DNA from: Vicugna vicugna
Lineage: Eukaryota
NCBI GenBank assembly: GCA_013265495.1
Contig: MU058802.1
Span: 66,724-130,723 of the forward strand
Direction: 5' to 3'
DNA: 64,000 nucleotides
This document shows positions 1 through 12,089 of the stretch, in pieces. Under the pieces are notes generated by a model. It was not told the origin of the DNA, searched no databases, and saw only the letters and a list, made by a program, of their open reading frames with translations. A program made the translations under genes and the position numbers. The stretch's first letter is position 1; each line of letters begins with the position of its first letter.

Positions 1-2239
1 TCTGCTTACTGAAGTCATCTGGCTGAATTTCTCTACCTGATCTTCCAGGTCATTAATTTGATCTTTGCCAAACATTTCACTTCTCAATCCAACCACTGAG
101 TTCTTTATATCAAGTTCTATATTGTATACATTCTGTACCCAATGTGTACTTTATAACTACTAATTCTTACTTCACCATTTCAGTATCAGACTGGATTTCC
201 TTGAGGATGTTCACATGCCTGTTTTTAATCACATGACAGATAATTTCTCTTTTGAATATTTATTTCTTTTGAGGTAAAAGGGACCTTGGTGTTTGAAATA
301 TATCTCGGTTAAGAATGAAAGCTCAAGACGTAGTTTTTGCCCCTCCTGGCGAGGCAGGGAGTACTTCTGGTGTTTGGGCTTGCTTTAGATTTGGAAACCT
401 CAGTTATACTTATTATAAAATGAAAAGATAGATGCAGGAAAGATTTTTTTTTAAGAATTCATGAAGCTTACAGATGCTTTTGACTATATTAAAGACATTA
501 CATGAGTATTTTAATGCTGGATTAGTGATTAGTACACTAAGATATTATTTTAATACAAGAAAGTTGTATGTACGTGGGAAAGAGTACAGGGCAATGTATG
601 AGGGGTACTAGTTAATGTTCGTTGTTTCAAGTCAATGTGGTTGAGAACTCAAAACACAAAATATAGCCAGCTAACATGATACTGAAAATATAAAAACAAA
701 AATCACATGGAACATAAAAATAATTAAGCAGTTACTCATCTGAAAAGCAAAAATTGAAGATCACAAGCAGTGTCTGTAATTTTATACCTTAAAGCTTTCT
801 GTTAGTATTTTATTATTATACAAGCATTTATATCATTACTCTAATAAAAATATGTACTTTCTAGTTTGAAAGGACATCAATTAATGTAGATTCATAGAGT
901 CCATCATATGCCAGGCAAAAATCAATGAAAAGGAACCATATCTGATAGATTTTTAATTCTTAAGTAATATTTATTCCACACCAATAGTGAGATAAAATTA
1001 AGAACATCAAAACAGCAAAGTCTTAGAATAAAGTAACATGCAAAAAGCACTGAACTAATTCTAATACAAATGGCTGAATATTTTATATAAATCTATTTAA
1101 TAATGTATATGACAGATGTACATTGTTGACAGATACACTGTAGTAAGAAAAAATCCATAATGACTATAAAAATTAGCTATAAAAATTTAGGACAGATGGA
1201 ATATAAAATATAATAAACTTCTTGTTGGGTAAAGGATGAAATAAAACAACTTTTCAATCTCAACCCTGAATATTCAATAAAGAAACATCAAAGTAGTTTT
1301 TTTTTAAGTAAACAGAAGCACAGTTTAAGACAGAGTATGTATGTTTCAAATGTTTGAGGAAGAACAAATGAAATTTAATGAAAAATGTGACAAAAAATTT
1401 ATATGTGTGTGTAGGAGGTGTGTGTGTGTTTTGTTTCTTTTTGATTATTTATCCTATATGTGTGTATGTGTATAAAATAAAAATTAATTCCTGAGGATAA
1501 AAGAATAAATATATCTGGTTATTCTAGATACATGGGCTATAATGTTACAAAAGCACATCTATTATTTTTCATAAATATTCAGAAAAAGTCCAAATTATTC
1601 AGAAAAGAGCAAAAATAAAATTTTACAAGTAAATGTGGGTTGTTTCAAGTATAAATAATACATGTAATTTTGTGGAAGTACAATTAAATTTTTATTTATT
1701 TTTTCTTAAAAAAACAATATATGCGACTAGAATGGGGAACTAAAACATAGGAGATTTTTGTATATATATTTCTAGATTAATATATCAATTAAAAGGATTG
1801 GTTTCTAAAGTACATGACAAAAAAATTAAGTCAGAATAGGAATATTATAATTGATAAAAAAAAGTAAATTAATTTTTAAAGAACTACTTCAAAATAAGGA
1901 TTTGGCTAAAATTGATCCATGGTCACCTCTCCTTGTTTTTAAGACCTCTAAGGAATCATAATCCCCAGAACATGTGTATCAGCTACATTATGGAAATAAA
2001 TACGGAAGAAGCAAAAATAATTACTGGGTATCTTCGGGGAAATAAAACATTCCTGTCAACGAAACACACATCCATACCAACATAGAAGAGAGATAGAGAA
2101 ACAGTTCATTACAAAGCAGGCATTAATAGATGTACATTCATATAAGGTAGCATGAAAGTGAATTTTTAAAAGTAGACAGAATATCACAAACAGGAAAGCA
2201 GAAGAAAGAACAATTAAAATCTTCTCTGTTCTCCTTACG

Positions 2240-2530
2240 TGACAAAGAGGTCGCACCTGCTGGGTCTCCTGTACATCTCCCCAGAGGCACCAGAGCTAAT
2301 TGTGGTGGAAGAATTTTACATAGTTAGAGGTTATCTGGCCTGCAAACTTAACGACAGATCTACATTGTAAAACTGAAGCCTGGGCTTCATCCCTAGAGAG
2401 ATAGATCTCTATCCTATGTTAGAGGCAGATTCACTGTGTCTCCAAGGAAATACAGTGGAGAAAGAAATCGAGAGGGAGAATAGTCTCTTATCCAGTTATA
2501 AATGGAAAAAAATACTTTTCATTTACCCGC
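2240..2530 (-). mobile_element. Old ERV1-class LTR fragment (MER110-like)
   Basis: 2330-2525 aligns by eye with 10620-10774 plus 11459-11510 (shared tgcaaactt..cattgtaaaa..agatctctat..tgtctccaag..gtctctt..ttataaa). The family name is recalled from consensus. Confidence 0.55.
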
Positions 2531-3659
2531 ACAGTGTCTCCAGCGGAAAATTAATCATTGTTTAGAATAAGCACATGCTTCTGGCTTACCTGTTTCTGGC
2601 CTCTTGTTGTCTTTGAGCTATATTAAAACTAGTATTATAAAGAGAACTAATGACAATACAGATGCAAATAATTCTGTCCTGTGGAGAGATTCACATTCCC
2701 TCCCCACTCCAAAAAATTGGGGGGAAAAAAAAAACAGTTCGGCAGACATTACCAAGTTTATTTTAATATTCTTGGTCTACAAATGTGTCTGTTCTTTGCA
2801 TTCCCTTTAACCTTGTTGTAAACACCTGACTTATTTCTTCAATAATAATAAGTTAAGGAAAAATTTTAATACACATTCATTTTATATCTCTGTGAAAGTT
2901 ATGATTTTACCTTCAATGAAAAATACCTTTGAACAGATATGTTTGGCAGCAAGAAACTTGCAAATAACTTCAAGCTGACACTATGCAGTACCAACAAGTA
3001 GTTATAGATGTGAGTTCACTGAATCCCTTGTGACATTTAGAGAGGCAAATCACCTGAAATGTTTAACAAATTCACTTTTAACATAGTATGATCAACTTGT
3101 AACTGTCTTTTTTTCCAACATAAAAATCTCAACTTTCAAGAAACATGTACACATATAAAAGTAAAATTGCTCCACACTCCATAGATAGTGGAACCATAGC
3201 TGTAATTCATTCATCATTATTCACTCTCTCTTTGTCATCGCCTTTACCATTTGAAAATGAAATGATTGTTTGAAAAGTCATTCATTCACTGGAAGAAGAA
3301 ATCTCTAGTACTAATCAATCATTTAGAATGCTTATGTCCTGGACAAATTTGGAGAAATTAGAAAGAATTGGAAATTCCTGGAGGTAGGAGCGGAGTAATT
3401 TTTAAAAGCAGCATTACAGATTTCAGAACAGAGGAGAACGGCTGTGTACTGAGATGGGCAAAGACAGGTGTGGAAGTTACAATTAAGTGCAAATGTTTAC
3501 ATAAAGGCATTTCGTTAGAAATAATGTGGCCACAGTTGCTACTCAGAATATACGGAAGGTTGGTTAATTGGCCTAAGTAAAAGCAAAACTGATATAAACA
3601 TAATTAATCTGAGCAGCAGAAATCTAGTGAAGCCACATGAATAGGCAGGGATCTCCTGC

Positions 3660-3864
3660 CTATTCCAATGTATCATTTCCATGGATATTTGTTGGTATTT
3701 CCAGTGATGTATCATTGGAAACAACACTCAGGTTGGGAGTGGTGAAATGTGCGGGGTCCTCAGTCAAAGCAGTTTTGTTGAAGGCATTTCTTTCAGTCTC
3801 CAAATCTATCCACTCCCTACTTTCTACCCTAACAGAGTAAGAATAAGAATACACATCAGAACTC
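3660..3864 (-). CDS. Candidate terminal coding exon of an unidentified gene (67 codons plus stop: SSDVYSYSYSVRVESREWIDLETERNAFNKTALTEDPAHFTTPNLSVVSNDTSLEIPTNIHGNDTLE*)
   Basis: Unique sequence with a possible acceptor (ttgttctag|G at 3864). The frame closes just upstream of the acceptor. The S/T/N/E/D-rich, Cys-free composition is unlike the F/L/I/K-rich chance ORFs in this window. TAG at 3660-3662, with a minus-strand AATAAA at 2757-2762. The polypyrimidine tract is weak and I recognise no homologue. Confidence 0.4.
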
Positions 3865-5789
3865 CTAGAACAATGCTATCCTTTAATATGATTAGTCTAT
3901 AGTTGTAATCACTTTATGAAGAGAGATGAGATGTAATAAAATTCAATGTGTGTATACAGCATAATTGGATATTTGACAAGCTATGGGATATTGATGAATA
4001 AGGTTTGGCTTATCATGGCATCAGACCCGGAATGTAGAATGCAGCAGAATCAAGTAAATAATAAAACTTATCGCAAAATCTAATGCAGAACCGGGGAAGT
4101 GAGCAAATGTGCTTCTTCTAAAATGCTACAAAGTTAGGTTTTTCAGGCTGTATAGGTCACGTCTTCTGTTGCAGCTCTTACATGTTGCTTAAGAAATGAA
4201 GACATGCCTTAATTTTCACAAAGAAAATAATATTTATTTTCCAAGGCTTCTTTGTATCAGTGTAAGAGTCAATGTAGACTTTTAGGTCTGTTACACTACT
4301 ACAACTTCAGGATGTATAAAGCTTGATACCACTGTGACTACAAATAGCAACTGTCATTTTTCACCATTGACGGATATGAATGACTGTCTTTTGGCTAACA
4401 AGTAGCCTTGTCTGAAAAGCCTGGCACTAATTCTAGGACTCTACGGCCATAAACAAAGATTTGAAATATAAATTAGTGGGAGGATAGATTCAGCCTTCTG
4501 TTACATTCTACCCAAGTTTATAAGAGTGATGTTATTTTCAGGATTGCTTTTTCCCAGTGCAGGGAAAATTAAACATGACATTTTTCAAAGCAATGAACAA
4601 GTACATTTTTAAAACTGTATTCATATAGTTTCATTCAACTTACATGGAAATGCATATGAGCATGTGATTTTCTAACTTCAGAAATGGAGAAAATAATACA
4701 AAAGAAGGGAAGGTGAATGCATTTAAAATAGTATCTAGCTAGCATCAATTTATTCTATCACATATCCCCTAAAATATTTAGAATAAGTTAAAAGGTGATT
4801 TATTATATGAGTCTGTTGTCAGAATCTGGGTTGATTACCACAGATTACACCAACAGAGCAAAAAACTTTGTGTCCTGCAGAATGGCACACTGAATTTTAC
4901 CACAAATACAGTCACTAAATATAATGGAAACGTAACAGCTAGATGATCGAGATGGAGACAGAAACAGAGAGAAGAAAAAAATAAGAGTAAATGTCCTCAG
5001 AAGCCAAAAACAAATATGACAGTGAATGCTGAGACGGGACATATTTCTGACCTTGCTTTTACATTTGAAATATCCACTGAACCCTAGGGAACTGAAGTTT
5101 CTATTTTGAAGGTCACGTGGAATTAGAAGAGAAAAGTAAAAGCTACAACCTGCTCAAAGTTCAGGATCAAATAAAAGCCTCAGTATGAACGTGGATCACA
5201 AACTTCAAGTAAGGATAAATTAGATATAAGTTGCATATAAATTCATCCTGCAGTAAGATCCACAAAGAGCATTTTCCAGTCTGAAAACTGATGGAGTGGA
5301 AGGAGTAAATTCTTTACTACAACTATGTAACCACAAACAGGATCGCACGTGCATCTGTGTTCCAAATTCAGATACCAGTGTTATCCAAAAACTATCAAGC
5401 CATAAGCTGTGCCCCTAAACAAAAAGTCAACAATTGTCCGTCTCTACACCCAAAAATAATCCAGGGAGGGATTACAACTCTAGCCACTGATAAGACTTTC
5501 TCCTTCCCCTCTAATCAAGTCTTACCAAATCCTGGATGATACTGAACCAAAGCTAGAGAGGCAGCGGGGTTTGCGGTTAGGAGAGAGGGAAGCACTTGGC
5601 CTATTGTGTCTTTTTATTTTCATTATAGGCTTTCAGTGAGGAGCAACATTGAAAGCGTGAAGCAGAAAACTTCTGCTGAAGACGTCTTGAGTTTTCAAAA
5701 TTATAATTTAATTACTGTAATAACACTGATTTTGTGCTTTAAAATTATGAGACATGCCTAAGACACTACACCAAAATTCTAATTATGCA

Positions 5790-6110
5790 TAGGTCTGTTT
5801 CTGTAATTCTTTTTGTGCCAGTAACACATTGTTTTAATTATTATAATTTGATAATAAATCTAAATATCTTACTGGAAAATCACTCTTTTTTAACACTTTA
5901 AATACACTTGGTTATGTAAGAGCCCTTATTTATTCATATGAATTTTGGGGATAACTTGTTACAAAAATTACTTGGATTTTGGAGTCTCATTTATTTCATA
6001 GAACAATTTGGAGGGAAATGCCATAGTTATAGCATATCTTTTCATCTATGAGCATGGTACAGCTTACCCAATGTTTAGTTCTTGTATTTAATATGTCTAA
6101 ATGTTTTTAA
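5790..6110 (-). mobile_element. Decayed L1 (L1ME-like) ORF2 fragment
   Basis: Antisense L1-like phrases (gtgccagtaacacattgttttaattatt; tcatatgaattttgg; ttcatctatgagcatggta). Confidence 0.6.
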
Positions 6111-8885
6111 TCAATGATTTTCCTAGTAACCAAACAGACCAGAACCAGTAATACTCAGTTTCCTCCAATAATAAATTTTAAGTCATCTGGATCGTCTGTT
6201 GACACTATACAAATGTACTATTTAAAACTCTTATTTATAAAAAGATATCAATTTTATAAATTATTACTTGGACATATTTCTAATGAGCCTGTACACATTT
6301 ATATTACCACAATATTTATAAACAACTGAACACAGCAGGAAACGATGTAGATGCCTTTATAAAAGATTCATTAATTTTGACACTACATTTGTGAATGTCT
6401 TGGGTATATAGGCATTTTTTTTCTTTTTTTTTTTGTCCAAAGTTAAGATTTTGAAATTAGTTTCTGTCTCCCAGGAATTTTCTTATCTTAGTCCAGAGTA
6501 TAAATTTACACTTAACCTCAAAGGAATTACTAGGTGATTCTAACAATCAACAAAAATGTGAACTGTCTGTGTTTAAAGAAAGATTAGGGGAGAATCATTT
6601 AAATTTTTTACCTTTAGTGACATTTTCCCAAGCAAATAGGCCAAATATTTCAAATATTTTCCTTTTAAAATACTCTTGGGACAGCTGTCAGGTTTTTTTC
6701 CCCTCTAGTCAAAAAGTAGAGTGAAATTTTTTGGAAAAAAAAAAAAAGAATCTTTACAGGGATTCTCTTTCTGCACACATCAGGGTTTGACCCCATGTGG
6801 ACTTACTCCCTGGAGTGAGCAATTGCTTACTGAAGGAAAGAATTACAAATAACCTCATAGCCTAAAACCTAGAGAGAAACCCCAGAGATTTGACAGATAA
6901 CATGAAAGGAGATTGTGCAGCAACTCTTCCTTAACTCTATTTTTTTGGGGGAAGGGCTTCATGACTGTGATTTAATTTTGTCACCCTGTACCTTTTTGAA
7001 TTGCTTCCTGTCCCTTTCCTTACTGCACATCAAACTTATGTATCTTGTAACTGGGAAGAAATAATTTTTTTGTCTGTAAATACTGATAGCATTTAGCTCA
7101 GGATATCTAAAATCATTACTGTTTTAAATAGAAATCATGAAGAAGGGGATGAAAAAATTTTTTTAGTCCCTCAAAAAAATTTTTTGACATCTCACTTTAA
7201 AAGTAAACACCAGAAGTCATTTGTATCTATTGAGTATAGAATACAATTTTTAAGTGCATTCAAAAATTTGAATACAATTGAAACAGAATATCAGTTAAAC
7301 CTTCTCTGTAGAATATAGTATTTTTTGGAAATAATATAATCCCTAAATATGCTGAGGTTCCTGGTAAGTGGAGGATAAACTTGATTAAATGAATTGAAAT
7401 TTGTAAATACTGAGGCTTTCTGATTTTGTTTTGTTTTTCTCCGACTCAGTCTATTTTCGGCAAACATTTTTTAACAAGACAATACTTATCAATTAAGTTG
7501 TCACTACTTATAAATATTTGAATATATCACAAGAGGCACATGTTACAAAACTACTGACTTTTTCATTTTCACTTCATTCAGATAAAGTCTATGAATTTAT
7601 CCAATAAAAATATAGACCTATCAAAAGATTCCTTCCACACACCCGATTTTCCAAAATTCAATCATGTCATTTTAAAATAAAATAATACTTTAATATTTAA
7701 TTTATTTATATTTATCTTGCTCTCATGGGATGAATTCCAATAGCTTCTTGCTTGCATATTTGTTTTCATTAACTGCAGTTCACCACAAAATTTCAAGAGT
7801 TGAATGTTTTGGACTTCTGTTTAGTAATTTGGAACACAGTAATAGTGCTTGGTGAATAAAGGCATTGAACACTGTTCCATATCACTAATTCTTCAAAGTT
7901 TTATAATATCTTAAATTCTAATTAATAAGAAGCAACAAAAAGAGAGAGTGGACATTGTCAAGCTGAAGTATTTTTGTGTATTCAGCATCAGCATCAGGCT
8001 CCTTATATTAAAATTTTTTTAAAGTTGCAAAGGTATGTGTCCATGCATGTGTGTGTGTGTGTAAACTTACTTTAGTAACTTAAGCTTTCATTAATTGGTA
8101 GAATATTACAGCTTGTTTGGATAGGCTCATGAATTATATGTTCACCACACAACCTATTGCAAAATTATTTTGGCTCCATAGTTTTCTGAATCCAATAAAA
8201 AATATTATTTCCACAATATCATCCGCCTCACCAAATTTAGAATGCATTTTATCATTACAAAAATAAATACAATTTTATCATTGATATAATTTTAACTGAA
8301 TTTATAACATAATTTAAAATGTCATATAATCCAACTTTAACAAGTTGTACTTCCAAAAGTATTTTTTTGATTTCATAAATCAGATAAATATATTTGTACC
8401 ATTCTTTGCAGTTACCTAATTTTCTACTGAATGCATTAGACGATACTGTTATAAAACTATCTGCCTTCAACTGTATGCAAATATTTTCTTTTTCTAGTTG
8501 AGCTAATACATTCACAAATACCAATTCATTTCACTTTTTATGTATACAAGAAAACTTTGATTACAATGACAAAAATTAACTTATAGAACAGTTTGACTTA
8601 AATAAGAAGTAAATCTTCAGAGTGATATGGAAATGTGATTTCCACAGCTGCATCCGCAATATTTGCACCATGTTCGTATAATAACTACTCACTGGTGAAG
8701 TGGATGCTGATGCTTCTACAGCAGATTTAGTTTTTTTGGTTTCATGGGTTCAGTGATGTCCCCACTACCTCTCTCTGTCATGGTTGATGGCTAATGTCAA
8801 CAGATATTTTGTTCATCATGAACATTAATAAAAGAAAATGCAATACACACATTTTATTTAAAATGCACTATCTTTGTTAGCTTAT

Positions 8886-9411
8886 TGTTACCAAAGGGGT
8901 TTGCTACAGAATTTTAACAGTGCATCATTAACCAATCTTGGGCCACCTGATGTCCTTCAAAGTCCAGCAGCCCCCATTCCTGTGCTCTGAGATGCCTGCC
9001 TGTGATCCCTCAGCAGATAAAGTGCATTCTTTACTGGGCGTGTTTACTCTGACAAACCAGTAGCCCTAGGGAATGCCTAGTCCCACAATGGCTCAGGCTG
9101 GCTTGTTTCAGCCCACTTATCAGAGTCATAAACCCCACGGCCCTTCACGGACCCTAAACCTCTTACCTACAGCCAATCAGAGACATGCACAAGCCAATCA
9201 GGCACCTTGTGACCCTACCTTATAAAACACCCCAACAATCAGTCCTTGATGCTCACACAGGCACCTCTCATCTGTGTGGCTCGCTGATGCCTACAGTAGT
9301 GTACCCTAATAAACTCTTTTTCTGTTCTTATACTTTGTCTCTGGTAAATTCTTTTACCAACCCACGCACATCACTATGCCAACGAGCGGTCGCAGCATTT
9401 GTCACACAACA
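8886..9411 (+). mobile_element. Solo LTR, ERVL-class (MER73/MER74/MER54-like)
   Basis: TG...CA ends, two AGCCAATCAG boxes (9171-9180, 9192-9201), TATAAAA at 9221-9227, AATAAA at 9308-9313 and a typical U5 stretch (ctggtaaattcttttacc). Confidence 0.8.
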
Positions 9412-9466
9412 CCAGTGAAAGACATAAGCAACTTTAGACTTGCTGTAGAAGAAATGATGAAACACC

Positions 9467-9825
9467 ATAGTCAGTTTGTGTGGGTTGCTATAACAGAGCC
9501 TCATAAACTTGGTGGTGTCAACAAAATTTATTTCTCACAGCCCTGTAAGCTGTGAAGTCCAAGATCAAGGTGCAGATTCAGTGTCTGGTGAAGGCCCACA
9601 TCCTGTGTTCATACAAGGTCTTCTCACTGTGTTCTCACATGGTATGAAAAAGGGCAAGAGAGATCTCTGGGATCTCTTTCCCAAGGGCATCAATCCCATT
9701 CCTGAGAATTTCACCCTCATGACCTAATCACACCCCCCCATAGGCTTGGCCTCCTAATACCATCGCTTCAGGGTGTAGAATTTCAACACATGAATTTTGG
9801 GGAGATACAAATATTCAGTACAATA
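9467..9825 (-). mobile_element. MaLR LTR (MLT1A-like)
   Basis: Diagnostic phrases aaatttatttctcacag, gaagtccaagatcaaggtg, gtgtctggtgaaggccc, ctcatgacctaatcac, ttcaacacatgaattttgggg. Confidence 0.85.
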
Positions 9826-9974
9826 ATCCCAGGGGGTTTCAGACTATTCTTGTACATTTATTCTCTGATTATACAGCCCCTATTTTTATACTGTTGGGGA
9901 AATAAAACAATCCTACCAATCAAAAGACTCTTCTTATCAATGTAGAAGGTAAAAATAACACATTTTATTATTAA

Positions 9975-10413
9975 GTATATTAGTTTCTTAATTTTTCTGT
10001 GATAAAATAAGATAAACTTAGTGGCTTAAACCATAAAAATGTATTCTCTTACAGTTCTGTGCATCAGAAGTCCTAAAATCAGGATCTGGCAGGGCTACAT
10101 ACTGTCTGTAGACTCGCGGGAAGAGTCTGTTCTCTTGCTTTTTCCAGCTTCTCAAGGCTGCCCACATTCCTTGGCTCAAAGACCTACACCACCCCAACCT
10201 CTGTGTCTGTCAGTACATTTCCTTCTCTTTCTCTGCTTCTCCTGCTTCCCTTTCCCATACAAAGGCCCTTGTGATTACATCCAGAATACCAGCCCTATCT
10301 CAAAATCCTTAATTTAATCACCACTGCAAAATCCCTTTCACCATGTTACACATTCACAGGTTCTGGAAACTGCGACTAGGGCACCTTTTAGAGGCCATTA
10401 TTCTTTCTACCAA
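9975..10413 (-). mobile_element. MaLR LTR (MLT1B/C/D-like)
   Basis: aaacttagtggcttaaac, tattctcttacagttctg, ttttccagcttct, ccttgtgattacat, tctcaaaatccttaatttaatcac, cattcacaggttctgg. Confidence 0.85.
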
Positions 10414-10774
10414 AGTAAACATTAACATCATGCATGTAAGGTAGCTCAAAATACAATACAAAGTTAGGACAAAATCTCACATACTTTATATAGGAAAGCA
10501 GGAAAAAAAAAAACTTCTCTTATTCCCTTGAGAGACCAGGAACTACACCTCCTAACAGTTTTCTTTATATTTTGTGAGAGGCCACTGAGCTAAGTTCATG
10601 GTACATTTTTACATAGCTAAAGGTTATTTGGTTTGCAAACTTGGAGATACCATTGCATTGTAAAATCTGGAAAATAAACTCAATCCCCAGAGAGATCTCT
10701 ATTCTACAGGTTAGGGTTAAAGATCAGATTAACTATGTCTCCAAGAAAACACTCAAAGAAAAGGTGGAAGGGGA

Positions 10775-11454
10775 TGCCAAAGAGAAAGTTACCTGATTGA
10801 GTTACCCAGTAAGAAAGAATCTATTCAAGGCTATTGTAATAGAGCTCAAGACCATTGGTACAGGGAGGAGAGACTGAACTCAACTCTGATGAAAGAATAT
10901 GTGGGAGAGCTTTGAAGTGCTGCGGTGAGCTAATGGAAGAGGATAGATAAGGAGGATATTGAGGGGAAGTTGGTCAATGTGATTAAGTCATATGTATTTA
11001 TTTGCTAATCAAAGTTAGGCTACTATGCTTTCGTGCAGGCTAAGATAGTTCCTGGATTTTTTTTGTTGTTGTTGTTGTAGTTGGGTAACTAGGTTTATTT
11101 ATTTATTTTTAGAGGAGGTACTGGGGGTTGAACGTGGAACTCGTGCATGGTAAGCTTGCGCCCTACCACTTGAGCTATACCTTCCCCCTTGAGATTAAGA
11201 TAGGAGCTCTGTCTTTCTTGATGATTCCATTTCCAAAGTGATGATTCCCAGTTCCTTGACAAAGACATTCCTGGATTGTAAAACTGGCCAGAGTCTAAGA
11301 GGGGATTTACATCTCAAAAGGCTGAGAATGAATTTACGTTGTAAATTTTCTAAAGTCAGTGCTCTAAGAAAAGGGAGAGGAGGAGTCTAGACTTACTAAG
11401 AAACCTGTCCAAAGTTTTATCAAGCTAAGGGGAATTTTAAGGAGATCTTGGTCA
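10775..11454 (-). mobile_element. Solo ERV1-class LTR (MER67-like), interrupted by a SINE
   Basis: TG (10775)...CA (11454) ends and a perfect 4 bp TSD GGGA (10771-10774, 11455-11458). The minus-strand start tgaccaagatctcc...cttagcttgataaaactttggacagg resembles MER67. Confidence 0.75.
11057..11188 (-). mobile_element. Camelid tRNA-Ala-derived SINE (Vic-1-like)
   Basis: Reverse complement reads ggggaaggtatagctcaagtggtag...catgcacgag...gttcaacccccagtacctcc (tRNA-Ala head with A and B boxes), then aaataaataaacctagttacc and an A-rich tail. Confidence 0.9.
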
Positions 11455-11521
11455 GGGAACATGGTCTCTTTGCCCTTTATAAACAGGGAAAGACATTTTT
11501 ATTTATCCTTATGTCAGATGG

Positions 11522-11979
11522 TGTTGAATGAAATAAATGCACAGCCTAAAAGTTGAAAGGTGTGTTTTATTTGGCGGGAGGACTCAAGCTGGGATGACAG
11601 CCTCTCAGATCGCTCGGAGGGACTGCCTAAAGAGATAGGGGAGGAGCTAGGATATACAGGAGCTTTACAACAAAGACCAGGTAGTTGGAACAATAAAGGA
11701 TTACTTGGTATCTAAAGAAAACCAGGTATCTCAAGTTAAAGAATTTAGTGCTTTTCTTTGTATGGGAGGAAGCAAACATTTGGGCTCACTGAATTCATTC
11801 CTTTGACAAGCATCTAGCTATCTAGGGCCAGTATCATTCTGAGTCCCCTCAGGGTTCACCATTGTGAGTGGCTGCAGAGGCTGGGCTGCAGGCTTGTCTT
11901 CACTGGGCCATAGGCTGATGACTTGATGGCTTCACCATTCTTTGCTTAGTGATGTGGTTTGCAGTATTTTTCATTCACA
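11522..11979 (-). mobile_element. Well-preserved 458 bp solo ERV1-class LTR
   Basis: Inverted termini TGTTGAATGAAA...TTTCATTCACA, 4 bp TSD ATGG (11518-11521) / ACGG (11980-11983), and a minus-strand AATAAA near 11567-11572. Confidence 0.85.
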
Positions 11980-12089
11980 ACGGTTAGATTAGTGGGGGCA
12001 CTGGGCAGATAGGTGAGGAGAGGGAGGATGGTCTGGAAGATGATGTAATGCCTGCCTCCAGCATAAAAGGGCTTTACTTCTAAAATGAG

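Larger units (their letters stand above)
10615..11515 (-). mobile_element. MER110-like LTR, split by a later LTR insertion at 10775-11454
   Basis: Removing 10775-11458 restores a sequence colinear with the related copy at 2330-2525. Confidence 0.6.

Noticed and set aside
7986..8032. Plus-strand exon-like cassette (ttcag|...aag|gtatgt) encoding HQHQAPYIKIFLKLQ
   Set aside because: Short and isolated, with no partner exons and no recognisable homology. Compatible with chance.
8071..8185. Minus-strand exon-like cassette ending in gtaagt
   Set aside because: Stops in all three frames with either acceptor, and it cannot join the 3864 exon in frame.
11110..11188. tRNA-Ala gene (also 46150-46228)
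   Set aside because: Mutated stems and anticodon region with an attached SINE body and tail. These are SINE heads.
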